Assembly (NCBI RefSeq): GCF_049969415.1
Contig: NZ_JBMFOX010000007.1
Span: 1 to 50,530 of the forward strand
Direction: 5' to 3'
Source of the DNA: Candidatus Hadarchaeum sp.
Lineage (GTDB): Archaea > Hadarchaeota > Hadarchaeia > Hadarchaeales > Hadarchaeaceae
Length of the DNA stretch: 50,530 bases
The notes beneath the pieces were generated by a model. The model was not told the DNA's origin and did not search any database. It saw only the letters and a list, made by a program, of their open reading frames with translations. Made by a program: the position numbers and the translations under genes. Positions 9,258 through 17,656 of this stretch are shown piece by piece. The number at the start of each line of letters is the position of its first letter. Within the stretch, counting starts at the first letter, position 1.

Positions 9258-9740
9258 GTGCAGGATGATTTGTCCTTGTTTCTGGAAGGGGTAAAGCGGG
9301 TTGCGGTTGTCGGCGTGGGCAGCCATTGGTGCGGCGACGATGCGGTCGGCGTTGAAATCGTCAGAAGGCTGCGCGGACAGATAAAGTCATCCCGTGTTCT
9401 AATCGTTGATGCTGGGACGGCTCCAGAGAACTACACCTCGCAGCTCAGGCGCTTCGGGCCGTCCCATATCATCCTCATCGATGCCGCAGATTTTGGCGGA
9501 AGGCCCGGTGATATTGTCATAGCTGATCCCGGCGCAATCACCGGTCGCTCGGTTTCCACGCATACTATTCCTCTTTCGGCTTTAGCTGGATATCTCCGAG
9601 CACAGATCGGGGCTGAGGTAATCTTGATAGGCGTTCAGCCGGGAAAAGTTGACTTCGGTTCAAAAATGAGTGAAGCAGTGAGCAAGTCAATGGACGAACT
9701 TTTGCGCATACTGGTTGAAAAACTTGGCCAGCTGGTATAG
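9258..9740 (+). CDS. hycI: Hydrogenase maturation endopeptidase (HycI type)
   Basis: GVGS..GDDAVG, DAGTAPEN, IDAADFG, STHTIPL. Confidence 0.92.
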   Translation: MQDDLSLFLEGVKRVAVVGVGSHWCGDDAVGVEIVRRLRGQIKSSRVLIVDAGTAPENYTSQLRRFGPSHIILIDAADFGGRPGDIVIADPGAITGRSVSTHTIPLSALAGYLRAQIGAEVILIGVQPGKVDFGSKMSEAVSKSMDELLRILVEKLGQLV

Positions 9741-9752
9741 CTGTTAAATTTT

Positions 9753-10064
9753 TTACTTCACATACTGGTCCAAGAACTCGAAATTCTTGGTCATCACGAT
9801 TGTTTTCGTAGGGCAGACTTCAGCGCATTCCCCGCAGAAGGTACATCGGCCCAGCCAGATCACCGGAGTTTTGGTTTCCTTATCGATGCTGATTGCTCGG
9901 TCCGGACAGGCCCTGATGCACTGCCAGCAGCGGATGCACTTTTCCTTAGTTATTGACGGCTTCCCACGGTAGCCGTCGGCCGGTTCCACTTTTTCATACG
10001 GATATTTCACCGTGAAGGGCTTGCGGAAAAGGTTGGCCAGAACCTTGGGAAGTATTTTCACCAT
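9753..10064 (-). CDS. mbhN: MBH subunit N, 2x[4Fe-4S] (NuoI-like)
   Basis: TVKYPYE, CIRCWQCIRACP and CTFCGECAEVCP. Confidence 0.9.
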   Translation of the reverse strand: MVKILPKVLANLFRKPFTVKYPYEKVEPADGYRGKPSITKEKCIRCWQCIRACPDRAISIDKETKTPVIWLGRCTFCGECAEVCPTKTIVMTKNFEFLDQYVK

Positions 10065-11035
10065 TAGGGCACCACCATCACCAGTATTAGGCTAATCGCG
10101 GCGAGGAGGATGCCGAAGGTCCAGTAGAACTTCAGCGCTTGGTCAATCCTCACCCGGGCCACGATGTTCCTCACCAACGTTGTTAACATCACTATCAAAA
10201 AGGTCTTGATGAGGAAGTCCACGATGGCAGGTATCTGCACGCCTCCGATGATGTAAGCAGTTGGGCCACCTAGGAACAGTGAGGTCAGAAGGGCGGCCAC
10301 TGCGATGGTTTCCACATTGTAGGCAGTTCTCCAGATGGCGAGTTTGGGGCCCGAGTATTCGGTGAGTGGACCGGCGACGATCTCGGTCTCGGCCTCAGGT
10401 ATATCAAACGGCGTGCGGAGCAGTTTTCCCTGGGCGGCGATGAGCATGGCCACAATCGCCGGAACGAGCTTCCAGTCGAAGAGCAGCCAGCCGCTTTTTC
10501 CCTGATATTTTATGATATCGGTCAGGTTGAGGGTTCCGACCTTGATCGCAATGGCTGCGATCGACAGGATGAAGACGAACTCGTAGCCCAGAAGCTGCAC
10601 GATGTAGCGCCCCGCCCCGGCAATGGCAAATGGACTGCCGGAGGAGTAGCCGCCGAGTATCATGAAGATGGCCGGGATGTTGAGCAGGTAAATAATGACG
10701 ATGAGGTCTGCGGTCAGCTGAAGCGTGGGCTGGGGCGAGTTCACGGGCAACAGCAGCATCACCGCCGCCAGCGATCCCAGTGCGAGTAGAGGTGCGGCAA
10801 CGAAGACGGGCTTTATCGCAGCGGCCGGGGTTATGTCCTCCTTTGTCATCAGCTTTCCGAAGTCGAGGAACTCCTGCCATATCGGTGGTCCGATGCGGTG
10901 CTGCAGGTGTCCGGTTACCTTACGGTCGATCCCGACGTAAAGAAGGCCGACAATTGAGACAAAGAGTAATCCGGGAAAGACCAGCGAATGATAGATGAAC
11001 TGCAGGATGTCAAGGACAGCGTTCACTTGCGCCAC
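10064..11035 (-). CDS. mbhM: MBH subunit M (NuoH-like membrane anchor)
   Basis: DRKVTGHLQHRIGPP, PFDIPEAETEIVAGPLTEYSG. Confidence 0.92.
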   Translation of the reverse strand: MAQVNAVLDILQFIYHSLVFPGLLFVSIVGLLYVGIDRKVTGHLQHRIGPPIWQEFLDFGKLMTKEDITPAAAIKPVFVAAPLLALGSLAAVMLLLPVNSPQPTLQLTADLIVIIYLLNIPAIFMILGGYSSGSPFAIAGAGRYIVQLLGYEFVFILSIAAIAIKVGTLNLTDIIKYQGKSGWLLFDWKLVPAIVAMLIAAQGKLLRTPFDIPEAETEIVAGPLTEYSGPKLAIWRTAYNVETIAVAALLTSLFLGGPTAYIIGGVQIPAIVDFLIKTFLIVMLTTLVRNIVARVRIDQALKFYWTFGILLAAISLILVMVVP

Positions 11036-12174
11036 CTCCTCAGTTCCTCCATGGTGACAACCCTAGCTTTACCGGTGTTGGCGTCGACCAAGGTCACGCG
11101 GTCGTTACAGGCGAAGCAGACGTCGAGGCTCCAGAGGACGATTGGGATCTCCGCCACGGTGCCGCCGACGAACATCGGCTTTAACGACGGCGCGCTGGCG
11201 TATGTGGGCGTCCTGACACGGACCCGCTCCGGAATTTCGGTACCGTTGGACCTGATGTAGTAGAGCAGCTCACCGCGCGGTGCCTCCACCCTCTGGACGG
11301 CCTCGTTGGCCGGTATTTTCAGATCCACCGGCACTCGAAGCGGGCCGTTGGGAATTTCTTTAAGAATCTGCCGCACCATCTTGACCGATTCCGCCATCTC
11401 CCGCAGCCTGACCATTCCCTTGGCCATGACATCCCCATCATTTTCCGTGATAACGTCGAATGATAGGTACGGGTAGGCGGCGTAGGGGTCGTCCACCCTA
11501 AGGTCCGTTTTAACACCGGAGGCGCGCGCCACCGGCCCAACGGCGCAGAGTTTGATGGCGTCCTCCCTGCTGAGAACCCCGACGTTCTCACACCGGGATC
11601 TTATCGTTCTGTCGGTTTGGAAGAGGTCGATGTAGTATTTTACCGATTTTTCCAACTTGTCCAGCTTTTCCATCAGCTTCGGCACCTGCTCCCGGGCCAC
11701 GTCCCTCCTCACGCCACCGATGGTGTTGGTTGCCGAGTGGACGCGGCCTCCGGAGATGATTTCCCGCATGTCCATCACGTGTTCCCGGTCCCGCATCGCC
11801 AGCATGAACAGGGTGTCGAAGCCGATCTCGTGAGCCGCCACCGCGAGCCAGAGCAGGTGGCTGTGAATCCTCTCCAGCTCTAGGATCAGGGAGCGGATGT
11901 ATTTGGCCCGCTCCGGCGCCTCTATGCCGGCGACCTTTTCGACCGCCATCGAGTAGCAGGTCGAGTGGCAGATGTTGCAGATGCCGCAGATTCTCTCTGA
12001 GAGATAGATGTTGTGGCGGTAATTACGGCGGGCAAAAGTCTCCTCAATGCCGCGGTGGGCGTAGCCGAAGTAGATGTCGACGTCGACGATTTCCTCTCCC
12101 TTGACCTCGAACCTGAAGTATTCCGGTTCCTTCAGCGCCGGGTGCTGCGGCCCTATCGGCACGACCATCGTCAT
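11023..12174 (-). CDS. mbhL: MBH [NiFe] large subunit (group 4)
   Basis: GPQHPALKEP, HRGIE, ERICGIC, EAPRGE, DVCFACNDR followed by a C-terminal extension. Confidence 0.94.
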   Translation of the reverse strand: MTMVVPIGPQHPALKEPEYFRFEVKGEEIVDVDIYFGYAHRGIEETFARRNYRHNIYLSERICGICNICHSTCYSMAVEKVAGIEAPERAKYIRSLILELERIHSHLLWLAVAAHEIGFDTLFMLAMRDREHVMDMREIISGGRVHSATNTIGGVRRDVAREQVPKLMEKLDKLEKSVKYYIDLFQTDRTIRSRCENVGVLSREDAIKLCAVGPVARASGVKTDLRVDDPYAAYPYLSFDVITENDGDVMAKGMVRLREMAESVKMVRQILKEIPNGPLRVPVDLKIPANEAVQRVEAPRGELLYYIRSNGTEIPERVRVRTPTYASAPSLKPMFVGGTVAEIPIVLWSLDVCFACNDRVTLVDANTGKARVVTMEELRRWRK

Positions 12175-12602
12175 TCCTTTTTCTCCTCCTTCTGTTTCCT
12201 TAGCGGGTATTTTCCTTGGGGCCAGTCCTCGGGCAGGAACAGCCGTCTCGGGTCCGGGTGTCCCTCTACCTTCACCCCGATCATCTCCATGATGTCGCGC
12301 TCGTAAAGGACGGCTCCCGGGAAGAGGTCGGTGATGGTGGGTATGGTCAGGTCTTCCATGGGCAGGAAGATCTTGAGGTTCAGCAGTGCCGGTCTGCAGT
12401 CGAAGTGATAGATAAGCTCGATGGAGTTGCCGTTGTCAAGTGCCGTGATGGTGGAGATGTGGGTGATGCCGTTGGCTTTCAGCGTTCTTAAGATGTTGAA
12501 AAATCTTTTCTTGTCGCTTGTGGCGAAGAGACATCTTTCCCCGATGATTTTGATCTCGTCCACATCCGCCTTGATCAGTTCAGCAACTTCCTGGGAGTTC
12601 AT
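12171..12602 (-). CDS. mbhK: MBH subunit K (NuoC-like)
   Basis: LYERDIMEMIGVKVEGHPDPRRLFLPEDWP..YPLRK. Confidence 0.9.
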   Translation of the reverse strand: MNSQEVAELIKADVDEIKIIGERCLFATSDKKRFFNILRTLKANGITHISTITALDNGNSIELIYHFDCRPALLNLKIFLPMEDLTIPTITDLFPGAVLYERDIMEMIGVKVEGHPDPRRLFLPEDWPQGKYPLRKQKEEKKE

Positions 12603-13018
12603 TTTCCCATACCCTCCAGCACTTTCACCAAAGCATAGATAATCGTCTCAGGCCGCGGTGGACAGCCCGGAACATAGGCGGCCACCGGGATGTGTTTCTC
12701 CAACGGGGCCAGCGTGTTGTAGCAGTCGTGGAACACGCACCCGGACTTCGGGCAAGAGCCCAGCGCCACGACCGCCTTGGGCTCGGGCATCTGCTCGTAG
12801 ACCCTGATGAGCCTCTCCCTTGTCTGTCTGGTGACGGGACCCGTGACCACGAGGATATCGGCATGTCGTGGCGAGCCCTTTAGCTTGACCCCAAAGCGCT
12901 CCACATCGTACCTCGGAGTCAAGGCCGCCAGCAGCTCGATGTCGCAGCCGTTGCATCCGCCCGAGTTGAAGTGGAGCAGCCAGGGCGATTTTTTCCGGAA
13001 GTAGGTTGTCAGTCCCAT
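12599..13018 (-). CDS. mbhJ: MBH small subunit J (NuoB-like)
   Basis: GGCNGCDIE, SPRHAD, GSC, PGCPPRP. Confidence 0.94.
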   Translation of the reverse strand: MGLTTYFRKKSPWLLHFNSGGCNGCDIELLAALTPRYDVERFGVKLKGSPRHADILVVTGPVTRQTRERLIRVYEQMPEPKAVVALGSCPKSGCVFHDCYNTLAPLEKHIPVAAYVPGCPPRPETIIYALVKVLEGMGK

Positions 13019-13022
13019 GGTA

Positions 13023-13352
13023 TCACCAGACTGTGAGCAGGATTACTATCAGGATTACCACCAAGCCGGCAACTATCCAGAGGAGATAGGTGTTCACTTC
13101 ACCGGTGTGGGCGGCCTGAACATAGCGGTAAAATGGACTCAGAACCCGGCGCACCGCTGAGAAAAATTGAGCGCTGTCGGCGTGGATTTCCTCCGGCTTC
13201 AGCTCTTCGCCGCAGGCATAGCTTTTCATTTTTTCCGGGGTCGGTTGCGGCTTGGTGGTCCTTTGCCCCGCCGCCATCAGGCCGTAGACGGCTAGGGAGC
13301 AGAGCAGGATTGCCACCGTGACGATTACCGGTTGCCAGATGATTTCGAACAT
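13023..13352 (-). CDS. mbhI: MBH subunit I
   Basis: TM helix, YACGE, HTGEVNTYLLW, position in the operon. Confidence 0.85.
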   Translation of the reverse strand: MFEIIWQPVIVTVAILLCSLAVYGLMAAGQRTTKPQPTPEKMKSYACGEELKPEEIHADSAQFFSAVRRVLSPFYRYVQAAHTGEVNTYLLWIVAGLVVILIVILLTVW

Positions 13353-14866
13353 CAGGTTCCTCCTAGGACTTGACTTATATAGTGAGTCACATTTTTAGCT
13401 GCTTCGGCAGCCGGCCCCACGATATTGAATCCCAAGTCCGGGATCAGCCCTATGGCCACGCAGATTAGGGCCATCACGATCATGGAGAAGAGCATGGGCT
13501 TTGGGGCTTCCATAGTGCCCTGCAGGCGCTGGGGTCGCTGGCCCAGAAATACTGAGCTGAAGGCCTTCATGAAACTCGCCAGCGTCAGACCGCTGACCAC
13601 CACGGCGATGGCGGTTATCCAGGGCATCCCAGCTTGCAGGCCGGCCAGATAGATGAGATACTTGCTGACGAAGCCGTTCAGAGGAGGTATCCCTGAGATC
13701 GCTAGGGCGCCGATGAGGAAGGTTATGGCGGTGATGGGCATGTTTTTACCCAGCCCTCCCAGCTCGTCGAACTTTTGGCTCTTGGTCTGGTAAAGAACGG
13801 CTCCAGCGCACATGAACAGCAGCGCCTTATAGGTGGAATGGTTGAGGAGGTGGAAAAGTCCTCCCATGGTACCGTAAGCTGCCCCTAGGGTGCCCAGCCC
13901 GATGCCGAGGACCATGTAGCCCTTCTGACTGATGACGTGGTAGGCGAGCATGCGTTTAAAGTCCCGTTGCATGAGGGCCATCAGGACACCCACGACCATG
14001 CTGATCAGCCCAAGTGCGACTAGGATGGCGCCCACCGGCATACCGAAGGGGAGGTAGGGGAGCCTGGCCACCCAGTAGATTCCCACAACCGCAGCCGGCC
14101 CGGCCAGAAGAGCGCTGATTGCCGTCGGGGCCGCGGTGAAGGCGTCCGGAAGCCAGGTGTGGAACGGCACCATGGCCACCTTAACCATCACACCGGTTAC
14201 GAAGAGCGCCAGCGAAATGACCAAAACCGGGGGAACGTTGGTTGCTCCGTAGGCGGCCAGCTTTATCGCTAGGTCGGCGATGTTGAGGGACCCGACAGCT
14301 CCGTAGAGCATCACCACGCTGAGGAGGACGAATGAGGTGCCTAGGGAACCGATGACCAGGTATTTCATTCCCGCCTCGATGGAGAGGGCGTCGCGCCGGA
14401 AGGATACCAGAGCGTAGGAGGAGATGCTCATGATCTCGAGGAAAACGTAGAAGTTGAAGAAATCACCCGTGAGGACGATGCCGAGCATACCGGACATCAC
14501 CAGCAGGATTAGCGTGTAGAAGTAGCTCAGCCCGCTGTCCCGCCCCATGTAGGAGGCCGAGTAGATCACGACTAGGGTGCCCAGGAGAGCGATCATGAGG
14601 GCCATTTGGGTGGAGAGGGCATCCACGGCCAGGACGATTCCCCAGGGAGGAGGCCAACCCCCGAGCTTGTAGACGATGATTTCCCCGCCCCAAACATCGG
14701 GTGCGATGCTGCCCACCATTATCAGGACGGCTACCATGACGGCTATGGCGACGGCCTCGCGAAGGTGTTTGATGTGATAGCGCTCGGCTAGGATGCCGAT
14801 GACGGGCATCACAAAGGCGGTGAAAAGCGGCAGGACGATGGCTAGGATGGGCGCATGAGGGATCAT
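13352..14866 (-). CDS. mbhH: MBH subunit H (MrpD-like antiporter subunit)
   Basis: GDFFNFYVFLEIMS, PFHTWLPDA, QRDFKRMLAY, GIPPLNGFVSK. Confidence 0.93.
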   Translation of the reverse strand: MIPHAPILAIVLPLFTAFVMPVIGILAERYHIKHLREAVAIAVMVAVLIMVGSIAPDVWGGEIIVYKLGGWPPPWGIVLAVDALSTQMALMIALLGTLVVIYSASYMGRDSGLSYFYTLILLVMSGMLGIVLTGDFFNFYVFLEIMSISSYALVSFRRDALSIEAGMKYLVIGSLGTSFVLLSVVMLYGAVGSLNIADLAIKLAAYGATNVPPVLVISLALFVTGVMVKVAMVPFHTWLPDAFTAAPTAISALLAGPAAVVGIYWVARLPYLPFGMPVGAILVALGLISMVVGVLMALMQRDFKRMLAYHVISQKGYMVLGIGLGTLGAAYGTMGGLFHLLNHSTYKALLFMCAGAVLYQTKSQKFDELGGLGKNMPITAITFLIGALAISGIPPLNGFVSKYLIYLAGLQAGMPWITAIAVVVSGLTLASFMKAFSSVFLGQRPQRLQGTMEAPKPMLFSMIVMALICVAIGLIPDLGFNIVGPAAEAAKNVTHYISQVLGGT

Positions 14867-15228
14867 TCCTTCAACCTCCGGATCTTGGTCGTGTCGAGCG
14901 TTCCGCAGTGCCGGTAGGCGTAGATGCAGAGGGAGAGCGCCAGTGAAGTGATGCAGATATTGATGACGATGGAGGTCAGCACCAGCGCCTGCGGCAGAGG
15001 ATCGACCGCGCTGGCGGCGAATTCAGGGAGGTTGGAAGCCACCTCGCTGCTGAGGATGGGGACGGTGCCGCCGAGGCGGTAGCCCATGCTGATTAGGAAG
15101 AGGTGGATGCCGTCGGTTATCACCGCGAGCCCGATGACGAGCTTGAGTAGGTTCTTCTTGAACAGCAGGCAGTAGATGCCCGCCGTGATCAGCAGCATCG
15201 CGATGATGTAGTTGAGCCCGGTGATCAT
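14863..15228 (-). CDS. mbhG: MBH subunit G (MrpC-like)
   Basis: KKNLLKLVIGL, DPLPQALVLTSIVI. ATGA overlap gives start 15228. Confidence 0.9.
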   Translation of the reverse strand: MITGLNYIIAMLLITAGIYCLLFKKNLLKLVIGLAVITDGIHLFLISMGYRLGGTVPILSSEVASNLPEFAASAVDPLPQALVLTSIVINICITSLALSLCIYAYRHCGTLDTTKIRRLKE

Positions 15229-15659
15229 TCCTTCTCCCCCCAAGTTGCGAACAGCATCGCGAACAGGATGAGCAGGATGCCCGCAGTGACCTTTATTCCC
15301 ACGCCCACGTAGAGCCAGAGGAAGTTGCCGCCGCTGATGAGCTTGCCCACCTCGCCCAGCGGCAGCGTGTTCTGCAGGAAGTAGGAGCCGAAGACCAGGC
15401 CCATGAGGCCGACGGCGGCTATGGTCAGGCTGCCGAGCGTGTCGAGGACCTCAGCCTGGGTGAAGCTGGTGCTTTTCAGGACCCTTTCTAGGCCGTAGGC
15501 TAGGATGAGCATCGCGACCGCGGCGGCGATGATGACACCGCCCGGGAAGCCGCCTCCGGGGGTCAGGTGGCCGTGGACGACGATGTAGATCCCGAATAGG
15601 AAGATGAACGGGAACAGGATCCGGGAGATGGTTTTCACGATAACGGTCATTCCGGCCAT
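15225..15659 (-). CDS. mbhF: MBH subunit F (MrpB-like)
   Basis: HGHLTPGGGFPGG, GVGIKV. Confidence 0.9.
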   Translation of the reverse strand: MAGMTVIVKTISRILFPFIFLFGIYIVVHGHLTPGGGFPGGVIIAAAVAMLILAYGLERVLKSTSFTQAEVLDTLGSLTIAAVGLMGLVFGSYFLQNTLPLGEVGKLISGGNFLWLYVGVGIKVTAGILLILFAMLFATWGEKE

Positions 15660-15967
15660 CAGTCCTCCCTCCGCAAGGCTCTGAAGATCATGATGACGCC
15701 CACCACTGCGGTGAACAGGACGGTCGACTCACCCAGAGTGTCGTAGCCCCGGTAGCCCCAGACGATCGTGGTCACCACGTTGGTGGCCCCCGTCTGCCAG
15801 ACCGCGTTTTCTAGGTAGGCTTCCCCCACCGCTTCGACGGTTCTGCCGTCAATGTATCTGGCCGGAAAGCTACCGAAAGGCGGCAACGAGAAGACGACGG
15901 TGTAGATTAGGGCCATTCCGAGGACCACCACCAGGGCCAGCGCGAGGGCATTTCTGGCTTGCATCAT
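15659..15967 (-). CDS. mbhE: MBH subunit E
   Basis: TGATNVVTTIVWGYRGYDTLGE. Confidence 0.9.
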   Translation of the reverse strand: MMQARNALALALVVVLGMALIYTVVFSLPPFGSFPARYIDGRTVEAVGEAYLENAVWQTGATNVVTTIVWGYRGYDTLGESTVLFTAVVGVIMIFRALRRED

Positions 15968-16206
15968 TCCTCCCTCCGGGTGCGGCTGATGGCGATGATG
16001 AAGAGGATGGTGGACACCCCGGCACCCACCGCCGCCTGCGTGATCGCGATGTCGGGCGCCTGCAGCATGTAGAAGATGACGGCCAGCGTGATGCTCGCGC
16101 CGCCCAGCATGATCACCGAGTAAAGCAGGTCCTTGAGCTGGATCGCGAGCACGTTGAGGACCAGCAGGAGGATTAGTAGAAGGCTCTGGATGATGACGTC
16201 AATCAT
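15964..16206 (-). CDS. mbhD: MBH subunit D (DUF4040)
   Basis: LQAPDIAITQAAVGAG. Confidence 0.88.
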   Translation of the reverse strand: MIDVIIQSLLLILLLVLNVLAIQLKDLLYSVIMLGGASITLAVIFYMLQAPDIAITQAAVGAGVSTILFIIAISRTRREE

Positions 16207-16529
16207 CGCTTATCCTCCTCCAGCTTGTCGGCCACGCTGCGGCTCCAGAGCTTCACCCCGGACTTGTGCGCGGCTCGGGCGAGGGCGTGTGAGCTGACCG
16301 GGTTGGTCAGAAAGATGAAGATGGCGATCAGTATCGCCTTGGCCGTGAAGGAGTTCAGTCCGCCGCTGATCCCGGAGCCGAGGATTAAGAGGATTGAGCC
16401 GCCGACGATCACCACCGTGTTGGCGTGCACTCGGGTGTAAAAGTCCGGGAATCTGACGATGCCGATGGCGCCGATCACCGAGCAGGCCGAGCCGATGATC
16501 AGTAGCAGGTAGGCCAGATACTCGATCAT
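16203..16529 (-). CDS. mbhC: MBH subunit C (MrpG-like)
   Basis: RFPDFYTRVHA, TNPVSSHALARAA. Confidence 0.9.
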   Translation of the reverse strand: MIEYLAYLLLIIGSACSVIGAIGIVRFPDFYTRVHANTVVIVGGSILLILGSGISGGLNSFTAKAILIAIFIFLTNPVSSHALARAAHKSGVKLWSRSVADKLEEDKR

Positions 16530-16786
16530 GATTCCACACTCCTGCCCTCCAGATACTTGGCGATGGCGAGGGTCCCCAAGAAGGCGAGCAGCGCATACAC
16601 CAGCGCTATGTCCAACAGCATTGAAATCCGGTAGTGAACGCCAAGGATTACCAGCGTCGCCGTCAGCAAGCCCGTTATCGCGTCGAAGGCCAAAATCCGG
16701 TCCGGCGCCGTGGGGCCGCGCACCGCCCTGATGGCGCAGATCAGGATGGCAACCACGGCGATCAGCACAATCCAGAGCAGCATCAT
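16526..16786 (-). CDS. mbhB: MBH subunit B (MrpF-like)
   Basis: GPTAPDRILAFD, DIALVYALLAFLGT. Confidence 0.9.
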   Translation of the reverse strand: MMLLWIVLIAVVAILICAIRAVRGPTAPDRILAFDAITGLLTATLVILGVHYRISMLLDIALVYALLAFLGTLAIAKYLEGRSVES

Positions 16787-17286
16787 CCGCAGATCCTCCT
16801 CAGGTACTTCTCAAAGCCGCCGCCGATTTCCTTGCCCGCCTGCTCCGGGTCGGTCGTCTTCACGTCGATCCAGTGGATGTACAGGCAGGGCTCCTCCTCC
16901 ACGATATCCACCGTGAGGGTACCGGGGGTCATCGTGATGGCGTTGGCCAGGCCGGTCAGGCCGAGGTCGGTCTTGAGCCCGGTCTTGATCTTGACGATCC
17001 CCGGGTTGATGGGCATTCGTGGGTCGACGATGCGCCTGATGACATCAAGGTGAGACTTGACCTCTGCCAGGATGTAGGAGGGGATGTAGGCCAGGGCATA
17101 GCCGAGGCGGGCGGGACTTAGCTTCTCCCTGATTCCGCCATGGAAAAGGAGGCCGTAGGAGAGCGCCGAGACCAAGGCCGCCGCCACGGCTCCGGCCAGC
17201 AGCTCGGAGGGGTCGAGCGAGAGGGTCAGGGCTATCCACATACCCCAGAGGATCAGAAATGTGGCGGGCAGCCTAGCGCTAACCAT
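16783..17286 (-). CDS. mbhA: MBH subunit A (MrpE-like)
   Basis: INPGIVKI, LANAITMTPGTLTVD, LYIHWIDV. Confidence 0.9.
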   Translation of the reverse strand: MVSARLPATFLILWGMWIALTLSLDPSELLAGAVAAALVSALSYGLLFHGGIREKLSPARLGYALAYIPSYILAEVKSHLDVIRRIVDPRMPINPGIVKIKTGLKTDLGLTGLANAITMTPGTLTVDIVEEEPCLYIHWIDVKTTDPEQAGKEIGGGFEKYLRRICG

Positions 17287-17596
17287 TTCCTCAACCGCAA
17301 GTCAGTAGCACGGCGCCTTTTTTAACTTTTCGTTGAAACGTGTTTCTTCTTTTCAAGGGATTTTTTCTCCAAACTAGTTTTCGAGGCGAGCAATGGTCGT
17401 GGCGGTTTAGAGAAGGCGGACGCTTGAGTGCGACGATGGTTTTTTTCTCAGCTTCTCCATTTTGAGGCTTCCTTTTGAAGTTGTATTTAAATACCCCCCT
17501 ATTTTCACGACGATTGACGATAATGGTATTAACGTTCAACGTAGTTAAAAAAGTTATTTAAGCCTTTTTCTTTCAATTTCGGGATTTTTTCTGGCA

Positions 17597-17610
17597 GAAA
17601 AGCTTAAATA
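17597..17610 (+). promoter_or_regulatory. BRE/TATA of the surface-protein gene
   Basis: GAAAAGCTTAAATA about 50 nt upstream of GTG 17657. AGGAG SD near 17644. Confidence 0.6.
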
Positions 17611-17656
17611 GAGCCCAGTAAAGAGTTTACCTCGTAAAATTAAAGGAGATGAATAA

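Noticed and set aside
17291-17560. 82-aa ORF and possible SurR sites upstream of mbhA
   Set aside because: The ORF has no recognisable features. The GTT/AAC words lack the GTT-N3-AAC spacing.
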